Below, piece by piece: positions 57,078 to 64,000 of a stretch of 64,000 nt of DNA. The stretch comes from an uncultured Bacilli bacterium (GTDB lineage: Bacteria; Bacillota_I; Bacilli_A; RF39; UBA660). Position numbers and translations under genes: made by a program. Where the stretch lies: positions 95,809-159,808 of the forward strand of contig CANQCR010000001.1 in the NCBI GenBank assembly GCA_947589735.1, written 5' to 3'. Within the stretch, counting starts at the first letter, position 1, and the number at the start of each line of letters is the position of its first letter. The notes under the pieces are model-generated. The model did no database searches. It worked only from the letters and a program-made list of their open reading frames with translations, and had not been told where the DNA came from.

Positions 57078-57138
57078 ATAACCGCTACAAACTAATTCTA
57101 TCATAAAAAAAATCTCTTTTCAAGATTTTTTTATGTTT

Positions 57139-57771
57139 TTATGCAATAAGTTGATGCTTTAATTTTTCAAGGACTTTGTGTTCTTTTCTAGAAACTTGAA
57201 CCTGACTCATACCAAGAATAGAAGCAACCTCCGTTTGGGTCATATCTTCCATATAACGTTTACTTATTAAGTCTAATTCTTCATAGCTTAATTTATTTAG
57301 TTCTTCCTTAAGATCTAAAGCGTCATATTCATCAAGGCCACTATCTACTTGCATCTCATCAATATCTAGTAAAGTACTTGTACTATTTAAAGCTTCAGCA
57401 ACTTGCCATTCATCAATTTCCAAAAACTCAGCTAACTCTTTGATGGTTGGCTTTCGCATTAAGTGTTGTGTTAAATAGGTATTAACTCTTTCAACTTCTG
57501 CATATAACCGCGATATTCCCCGGCTTACTTTAACACCTTTATCCTCCCTTACTAATTTCTTCATCTCACCTAAAATGTATGTATAGGCATATGTTGAAAA
57601 CTTTGTCATTGCCTTATCATCATAATTATGGTAAGCATTAATAAGACCAATACATCCAACTTGAAATAAATCTTCTTTGTTGGGATAATTCTTAAAATAT
57701 CGCATAACCGCATATATCAATTTTTCGTATTCTAATATGAGTTCTTCCAATTTATCAGTCTTATCGCACAT
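57139..57771 (-). CDS. sigF: Forespore sigma factor, SigF-like, short N-terminus (start uncertain: ATG 57771 or TTG 57750)
   Basis: EDLFQVGCIGL, KFSTYA...I.GE, KVSR, TQTEVA..LGMSQVQVSR; follows a STAS gene. Confidence 0.75.
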   Translation of the reverse strand: MCDKTDKLEELILEYEKLIYAVMRYFKNYPNKEDLFQVGCIGLINAYHNYDDKAMTKFSTYAYTYILGEMKKLVREDKGVKVSRGISRLYAEVERVNTYLTQHLMRKPTIKELAEFLEIDEWQVAEALNSTSTLLDIDEMQVDSGLDEYDALDLKEELNKLSYEELDLISKRYMEDMTQTEVASILGMSQVQVSRKEHKVLEKLKHQLIA

Positions 57772-58073
57772 AATTCATTACTGATCTCTTCAATATGACT
57801 AGTTAAGTTTTTCTTAACATCATCATTAAGACCACAGATAAAGCTCACCCCCTTTCTCCTCTTTACTAAATCGTGCCAATGAATAAGTGAAGAGATAGCC
57901 GTATTATCAAGTTCTACTACTTCTTCTAAATTGAAAACAATATTATTAAAACCCATATTACCAACAATATTGTTTAAATCTTCATCAATACATTTAATGG
58001 TATATTTATTTAAACTGCCAATAAAACGGATAAATAAAACTTGTTCACGGTATTCGATATTATATGTAAACAT
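57732..58073 (-). CDS. spoIIAA: SpoIIAA-like STAS anti-anti-sigma protein (degenerate)
   Basis: VLFIRF.G.L, IVFNLE.V..LD, ICGL, SNEL.A; GGAGG RBS; overlaps the sigF start. Confidence 0.7.
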   Translation of the reverse strand: MFTYNIEYREQVLFIRFIGSLNKYTIKCIDEDLNNIVGNMGFNNIVFNLEEVVELDNTAISSLIHWHDLVKRRKGVSFICGLNDDVKKNLTSHIEEISNELCAIRLINWKNSY

Positions 58074-58120
58074 TATTACCTCCAACTATTTTAACTATAT
58101 TCCTCTTTCCTATCCCATTT

Positions 58121-58127
58121 TGTCGAA
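58121..58127 (+). promoter_or_regulatory. Spo0A box (0A box)
   Basis: Perfect TGTCGAA about 50 bp upstream of spoIIAA, a classical Spo0A target. Confidence 0.65.
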
Positions 58128-58169
58128 TAAAAAAAAATAATATAGTATTTCTACTATATTATTATTGAT

Positions 58170-59834
58170 TTAATCACTATTTCCTTTTATAAAAGTTAAA
58201 TAACGCTCTTTTACACGCTCTTCACCAAGAAGATGCATTAACTCATAAAGGTCCGGTGTCATTGACCGGCTTGTTAAGGCAACTCTTAAAACCATACTAA
58301 TATCACCGACATGGCCTTTATAAGCATCAGGATTCTCTTTATATTGTTTTACTTCTTTAGCATAACCTAATTCTTCGGATAAATCTTTAAGACGGTTAAA
58401 CCACGTCTCTTTATCATCTTCGGCGTGATAATATTTGTTAAGATATAAATCTAAGATATGATTGATTTCATCTTTATCTTGAATCGTTTTAAAATCATAA
58501 TCGGTGACATTTTGATATAACTCATCAAACATATACCAGATTTGGGATTTAATCATACTAAAGCATGAATAGTCTTTTCGAGGTTTCTTTTGTTCTCTTT
58601 CAATATTGAATAGTTTTGCCGCATAATCAGCATGACGCTCTAAGATAGTTGCAAACTCTTCGTCATATTCTTTAGCCCATTTTAAAGTACCTTCATATAC
58701 TTCACTAGCTTTTAGATAACTGATATAATTTTTAGAAATATTATATAGTTTATCAACATCAAATAATGAACCACTACCGGATACTTTTTTAAAATCAAAT
58801 TTAAAATCATCTAAACCCTTTTCTTTATTAGCATCATACCATTGTTCAAAGTTCGTATTAGCAATCGTCATCAAATATAACTTAACAGCTGGAACAGGTA
58901 TACCTTTTTCATGATAAAAGCTAACGGCAGCTTCAGGGTCCTTTCTTTTACTAAGTTTTCTTTTCTTACCATCCTCTTCTTTCATAATTGGAGATAGATG
59001 TGCATATTTAGGAGCCTTGAAACCTAAAGATGAAAATAATTGGACATGAATAGGCAAAGAACTAATCCATTCATCACCTCTAATAACGTGGGTTGTTCGC
59101 ATCAAATGATCATCGATAGCGTGCGCAAAATGATAAGTAGGAAGACCATCAGATTTTAAGATGACAATATCAAGATCGTTTTCCGGAAACTCGATATCCC
59201 CTTTAACAAGATCGTGAACTTTAATCTTATTATCAAAAGACCCTGGTGATTTAAAACGAATGATATATGGTTCCCCATTTGAAACTTTTTCCTTAATCTC
59301 TTCATTTGTTAAACGCCGGCATTTAGCATATCTTCCGTAATAACCGATTCTCTGTTTACGTTTTTCTTGAATTTGCCTTGTTTCTTCAATCTCTTCAGGT
59401 GAACAAAAGCAAGGATAAGCTAGCCCCTCTTCAATTAAATGCTTAACATAAGCTTGATAGATATCTCGTCTTTTACTTTGGGTATAAGGGCCATAAGCCC
59501 CTTTTTCTTCTGTCTCACTTAACATTCCTTCATCAATCGTTATATCAAAATTATTTAAATCATTAATAATTCCGGTAACACCATTTTCGACTTCTCTTTT
59601 TTGATCGGTATCTTCAATACGAAGATAGAAAACACCATTAGAATCATTAGCGGCTTTTTTCTCAATAAAAGACGCAAATAATGACCCCATATGAACAAAT
59701 CCCGTTGGGGATGGCGCAAAACGGGTTACCACAGCCCCTTCCGGTAAATCTCTTTCCGGATATTTTTCTTCATAATAGCTAACATCACTATCAACATTAG
59801 GTAATAATAAATCAGCTAACTCTTTATTGGTCAT
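58170..59834 (-). CDS. gltX: Glutamate--tRNA ligase
   Basis: TRFAPSPTGFVHMG, LRIEDTD, AYPCFC, PTYHFAHAIDDH, RGDEW, KLSKR. Confidence 0.95.
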   Translation of the reverse strand: MTNKELADLLLPNVDSDVSYYEEKYPERDLPEGAVVTRFAPSPTGFVHMGSLFASFIEKKAANDSNGVFYLRIEDTDQKREVENGVTGIINDLNNFDITIDEGMLSETEEKGAYGPYTQSKRRDIYQAYVKHLIEEGLAYPCFCSPEEIEETRQIQEKRKQRIGYYGRYAKCRRLTNEEIKEKVSNGEPYIIRFKSPGSFDNKIKVHDLVKGDIEFPENDLDIVILKSDGLPTYHFAHAIDDHLMRTTHVIRGDEWISSLPIHVQLFSSLGFKAPKYAHLSPIMKEEDGKKRKLSKRKDPEAAVSFYHEKGIPVPAVKLYLMTIANTNFEQWYDANKEKGLDDFKFDFKKVSGSGSLFDVDKLYNISKNYISYLKASEVYEGTLKWAKEYDEEFATILERHADYAAKLFNIEREQKKPRKDYSCFSMIKSQIWYMFDELYQNVTDYDFKTIQDKDEINHILDLYLNKYYHAEDDKETWFNRLKDLSEELGYAKEVKQYKENPDAYKGHVGDISMVLRVALTSRSMTPDLYELMHLLGEERVKERYLTFIKGNSD

Positions 59835-59915
59835 ATAAAACACCTCTTTTTCATTCTATCATAATTAAATATATTTAACAAGAAAAAAGGTTGGATATCC
59901 CCCAACCTTTAGTAT

Positions 59916-60752
59916 TTATTTAACCGGTGCATTAATCTGTAATTTAGCACTCTCTTTAGCCGCCTCATAAACTTGTTGTAGTCCAACTATGCCGACATAT
60001 TCACTACTACGATCCATAAGAGTACTAAGGGACAATTTTTGCTTGAAACTCTCCTCCTTAGCAGGTGACCATTCCTGATGAGCCGCCACTAAAGCTATAT
60101 CTTTTAAAGCTTCAGGAAAAGTATTATTTGGTGTATTAACTTTACCTGGCCTTGCTAGGAAGCTAGAGTTTAATAAATCCATTATATTCTTAACACGTGG
60201 CGTACTAGATAACTCATCCTCATCAGCATCTAATAAACTTTTATATACCGCTTCCGTATCATTATTAAAGTAAGCTTCAAACATTGTATCAACACCAATG
60301 ATATCACTAATTAAATTAGCAGCCAGAAGTTCTTCTTCATAATCACAAGCACCTTCATTACCAACTAAAGTATTAGCAAGCATCTCGGTAAAGCCCATAT
60401 TAAGAGCACACAAGCTATCATTTTGATTAAATCCATAGTAATTATCTGATGCGGAAATAACGCCTAGTAAACCTTTCATCATTAGATGATGAGGATCACA
60501 TCTCTCTTCTAGGTCTTTCGCACTCAAAAGAATCTCATTACCACGAGCATCATAAGAAACTGGACCGCGTTGTTCGTGTAATGTACTTTTACCCACTTTT
60601 AAATCTTTTATTCTTGCATTTAAAGTATCCAAACTAACAGATGGAAACTGTTGATGGAAAATGGTAATTAAGTGGAAGAGCTCATCTTTAACCTCTGGTG
60701 TCATATTTTGATTTGAATCTAGGCTTTTTTTGATCTCATCTAGGTTAACCAT
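59916..60752 (-). CDS. Hypothetical protein, zincin-like fold with no HExxH
   Basis: Y....NEI.L, then HLMMKGLLGVIS, then GF...ALNMGFTEMLA, YEEE. Confidence 0.5.
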   Translation of the reverse strand: MVNLDEIKKSLDSNQNMTPEVKDELFHLITIFHQQFPSVSLDTLNARIKDLKVGKSTLHEQRGPVSYDARGNEILLSAKDLEERCDPHHLMMKGLLGVISASDNYYGFNQNDSLCALNMGFTEMLANTLVGNEGACDYEEELLAANLISDIIGVDTMFEAYFNNDTEAVYKSLLDADEDELSSTPRVKNIMDLLNSSFLARPGKVNTPNNTFPEALKDIALVAAHQEWSPAKEESFKQKLSLSTLMDRSSEYVGIVGLQQVYEAAKESAKLQINAPVK

Positions 60753-60791
60753 TTACTATCACCTTCATCTAATTATCATTATACCATAAAA

Positions 60792-63002
60792 TTAATTTTT
60801 GGAATAGTTTTTGCAAATTTTTTTTCTTTTTTTGAACTTCTTCAAAATATTTTTAATTTGTCTTGCCCCATATTCTTGATAATTCACATCTCGCACAATT
60901 CCCATTATTTCCTTGTTTTTCAAGGGCTTATCCGGGTTTTGCTCCTTTACAATTTCTTTAATTATTTTGATGATATCTTTTTCACTTAACATTTTTAAAG
61001 TGATAATTTCATCAATACGATTAATAAACGATACTGTAAAGTATTCATTTAGTTGACTGTTAACTTGACTATCATCAAAACCCATCTTTTTTTCATTTTC
61101 AATATTCGAAGTCATCAAAATAATCGTATGATTAAAATGGATAATACTTCCTTTAGCGTCCTTTAACTCACCGTTATCTAAGATTTGAAAGAAAAGATTT
61201 AAAACTGCTTTATTAGCGCGTTCAACTTCATCTAAAAGGATAACCGTAAAAGGATATTCTTTGATTTGATTAAATAAATAATTATTATCGTCATAACCAA
61301 CATAACCTGGTGGGGCACCAATTAACTTACTAACACTATGTTCCTCACTATATTCACTCATATCTAATCTTAAAAGATGCGGATAAATGGATTTAGCAAA
61401 GGTTAACGCTAATGACGTCTTACCAATCCCCGATGGCCCATTCAATAAAGCACTAAAAGGTTTATCACTATCTAAACTACTAAAGTAAGCATTAACAAGT
61501 TTTTGAATAGCTTCTTCTTGACCGATTACCTGATGATTTAAAGTATTGATAAGCTCTTTCGCATTAAACTTATTAGAAAGTTCATAGATGGGAACACTTA
61601 CCTTACTACTTAAAACATCATATAAATCTTTTTTCGTAACTATCTGACTATTTTTTAGTGTTAAATCTAATTCTAATTCATTTAACATACCCGTTAAAGC
61701 ATTTTCCTCTTGCTTATATTTAAGAGCATCTTTAAACTTATTATTTAAGATACACTCCTTTTTCTTATCCATAACTTTTGTAAGTTCTTTAGATAGTTCA
61801 TTATATTTGATCATCTGGGGATTTTCTTTTAAGTTGGCATGGGCACATACCTCATCTAAGATATCAATGGTCTTATCCGGATTTTTATAATTATAAATAT
61901 ATTTATCAGTTAAGTTTATTAATAAATCCAACAAGTCTTTTTTGATTGTCACATGATGATAACGCTCATAGATAGGCTTTAATTTCATCATAATATCTCT
62001 TACTTCATCTAAAGATGGTTCATTAATTATAACTTTCTTAAACCTTCGCTCTAATGCCTTATCTTTTTCAATATACTTTTTATATTCATCTAAAGTTGTC
62101 GCCCCAATACATTTAATACTGCCACGCGCTAAAGCCGGTTTAAAAATATTCGAAGCATCAATAGCGCCTTCAGCTCCCCCGGCGCCAACAATGGTGTGAA
62201 CTTCATCAATGAAAAGAATGATATCGTCATCACTTTCAACTTCTTTAATAATTTTATTAATCTTCTCTTCAAACTCACCCCGATATTTCGTTCCCGCCAC
62301 AACTGATGACATATCTAAATTAATAATACGTTTGTTTTTTAATTTACTAGGAACGTCACCTCGCATAATCATTTTGCTAATCTCTTCAATAATAGCTGTC
62401 TTCCCGACCCCAGCTTCTCCAATTAAAATCGGGTTACTTTTGTTTTTCCGAACTAATATTTCAATAATCTCTTTAATCTCTTTATCACGGCCAATAACGG
62501 GATCAAAATGTTTATTAATGTTAACGTCTGTAAAATCGACCCCAATATCAGCAAGCAAGCTCTTCTTTTTCTTACCTTTTTTAGGTAGGGTGAAAACAAA
62601 CTCGGCATATATTTTATCGAGATCAAGAGGCATATCATCTAAAACCCGGTTAGCAATCCCATCACCTTCTTCAATTAAAGCTATAAACAAGTTTTCAATC
62701 GTTACTTCCCCACTCGTCTCATTACTTATATCAATAGCATTATCAAATATATCTCTTACAACCGGTGTATATAAGACCCATTCGGCCTTTTCTTTTCCTA
62801 TTCCTACTAGTTTAATAACCCGTTCCCGGTAATTTTTATAAGTAATATTATATTTCTTTAGAGCTTTACTAACACTATTATTATCATTTAAAATTCCTAA
62901 AAGAAGATGTTCCGACCCTAAATAAGGATGATTTAAATTAAACATTTCTTCTTTCGCCCGGGATATAACTCTTTTAGTATCTTCTGCAAAATTGTTAAAC
63001 AT
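60792..63002 (-). CDS. clpC: ATP-dependent Clp protease ATP-binding subunit (ClpC-like)
   Basis: Clp-[44 protein letters not shown] loop. Confidence 0.88.
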   Translation of the reverse strand: MFNNFAEDTKRVISRAKEEMFNLNHPYLGSEHLLLGILNDNNSVSKALKKYNITYKNYRERVIKLVGIGKEKAEWVLYTPVVRDIFDNAIDISNETSGEVTIENLFIALIEEGDGIANRVLDDMPLDLDKIYAEFVFTLPKKGKKKKSLLADIGVDFTDVNINKHFDPVIGRDKEIKEIIEILVRKNKSNPILIGEAGVGKTAIIEEISKMIMRGDVPSKLKNKRIINLDMSSVVAGTKYRGEFEEKINKIIKEVESDDDIILFIDEVHTIVGAGGAEGAIDASNIFKPALARGSIKCIGATTLDEYKKYIEKDKALERRFKKVIINEPSLDEVRDIMMKLKPIYERYHHVTIKKDLLDLLINLTDKYIYNYKNPDKTIDILDEVCAHANLKENPQMIKYNELSKELTKVMDKKKECILNNKFKDALKYKQEENALTGMLNELELDLTLKNSQIVTKKDLYDVLSSKVSVPIYELSNKFNAKELINTLNHQVIGQEEAIQKLVNAYFSSLDSDKPFSALLNGPSGIGKTSLALTFAKSIYPHLLRLDMSEYSEEHSVSKLIGAPPGYVGYDDNNYLFNQIKEYPFTVILLDEVERANKAVLNLFFQILDNGELKDAKGSIIHFNHTIILMTSNIENEKKMGFDDSQVNSQLNEYFTVSFINRIDEIITLKMLSEKDIIKIIKEIVKEQNPDKPLKNKEIMGIVRDVNYQEYGARQIKNILKKFKKRKKICKNYSKN

Positions 63003-63060
63003 AGATCCTCCTTATACATTCTATGTTTATAATGTGTATAAATTAGCTAATTTAAACAAC

Positions 63061-63090
63061 AAAAAAATACTGACTAGTCATAGTCAGTAT
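63061..63090 (-). terminator. Intrinsic terminator overlapping the cse60 stop
   Basis: ATACTGACTA-tgac-TAGTCAGTAT perfect 10-bp stem followed by a T-tract. Confidence 0.75.
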
Positions 63091-63253
63091 CATCATATGT
63101 AATTAAAGCTGAATAACAATATATCTGATCTTCAGAAAACATTGCGACAGCGACTTGATATTTAATATCAACAATATTTTTATCTTTGATAAAATCATTA
63201 ATTGCATCTTCTAAATCTTTTTCGTGTTCTTCATCAAATATTTTAACGTGCAT
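63074..63253 (-). CDS. cse60: Sporulation protein Cse60 family (59 aa)
   Basis: Manual translation MHVKIFDEEHEKDLEDAINDFI...IVDIKYQVA...QIYCYSALITY. Confidence 0.85.
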   Translation of the reverse strand: MHVKIFDEEHEKDLEDAINDFIKDKNIVDIKYQVAVAMFSEDQIYCYSALITYDDTDYD

Positions 63254-63300
63254 ACCATCACCAGTTAAATTATAACACTACCGATAGTATATTTTGTCGA

Positions 63301-63999
63301 TTAATATTTACGATCACGAGAAGTAAATGATTTACCTAAAGCTGGAAAGTTAACAACCTTTCGTGGATTAATCTGTTTAGAAATGAATCCACTATATGAT
63401 TTATATGTTGTTCCCCAGTTACCAGTGGAAATAGTAAAGTGATTATGGCTTCCGGTTGAACAATGATCCCATGTCTCATATTTTGGGCTACCACCAACGT
63501 GACCAATAACCGTCGTTGATGAAACGGTTTGACCAACCTTAACTTTAATATCAGCTAAATGATAATAACCAGTCGTATACTTTTTACCATTAACTAAATG
63601 GTTAATATAGACCATATTACCGCCGCAGCTTTGCTTTTTAAAGACAGCAGCAACAACGCCATTAGCAGAAGAATATACTTTAGCGCCATGTGTAGCTGAC
63701 ATATCAACACCATAATGGAAATCACTTGTCCACTTACCATTTAATTTATAAGTACGCTTACCATAGTTACTAGAAACTCGTCCAGATACAACTGACCGAT
63801 AAAAAGCCGTATCGGGTGGTAATTTACCAGCCAAGCAATCATCTAATAATTCATCTAACTTACACTTATAAGTATTTTCATAAATATCAATTAATTTCTT
63901 TTGGTTTTTAATTTCATCTTCAATAGAAACAGCACCTTCAAGAGTTTTAGTTAAAGTTGCCTGATTTTGCTTTACTTGTTCCTCTAACTCTTTTTCTTT
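63301..63999 (-). CDS. Coiled-coil plus M23 peptidase (murein hydrolase/activator), 5' end truncated by the window edge
   Basis: The frame stays open to the window edge; H.GVD, YYHL, STGSHNHF M23 motifs. Confidence 0.85.
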   Translation of the reverse strand, partial: KEKELEEQVKQNQATLTKTLEGAVSIEDEIKNQKKLIDIYENTYKCKLDELLDDCLAGKLPPDTAFYRSVVSGRVSSNYGKRTYKLNGKWTSDFHYGVDMSATHGAKVYSSANGVVAAVFKKQSCGGNMVYINHLVNGKKYTTGYYHLADIKVKVGQTVSSTTVIGHVGGSPKYETWDHCSTGSHNHFTISTGNWGTTYKSYSGFISKQINPRKVVNFPALGKSFTSRDRKY

Positions 64000-64000
64000 A

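Noticed and set aside
59835-59915. T-box upstream of gltX
   Set aside because: No GGTGGNACC motif; only a terminator hairpin and a promoter-like stretch.
62209-62832. 207-aa plus-strand ORF
   Set aside because: Antisense to the conserved clpC AAA+ domain; typical shadow frame.

Overview
AT-rich chromosomal segment of a low-GC Bacillota genome (standard genetic code). Gene content and order suggest a reduced, sporulation-capable Bacilli lineage such as the uncultured RF39 group; this assignment is inference. Most genes lie on the minus strand. Housekeeping genes include parE/parC, mutS, dnaG-rpoD-trmK, comEA/comEC, glmS, mraZ-rsmH-ftsL-pbp, prsA, recX, trmB, glyS, ybeY-dgkA-cdd-era-recO, rnc, gltX and clpC. 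There are four tRNAs (Lys, Glu, Ile, Ser). A dispersed sporulation set comprises ylbJ, yqfQ, two YjcZ-like peptides, sspI, yqfC/yqfD, spoVAC/D/E, a spoIIAA-like gene with sigF, and cse60. No CRISPR, rRNA or intact mobile element is visible. The strongest oddities are: (1) a radically miniaturised transcriptional glycine T-box riboswitch, with about 65 nt between the predicted start site and the T-box and a GGC specifier in an apical loop; (2) a spoIIAA-sigF pair with no spoIIAB and a SpoIIAA lacking the phospho-serine; (3) a candidate ADP-ribosyltransferase-fold orphan; (4) a motor-less SftA-like protein; (5) a candidate structured sRNA upstream of dnaG; (6) a recurring set of intact ORFs with substituted catalytic or ligand residues. 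All calls come from visual motif recognition; no searches were run.
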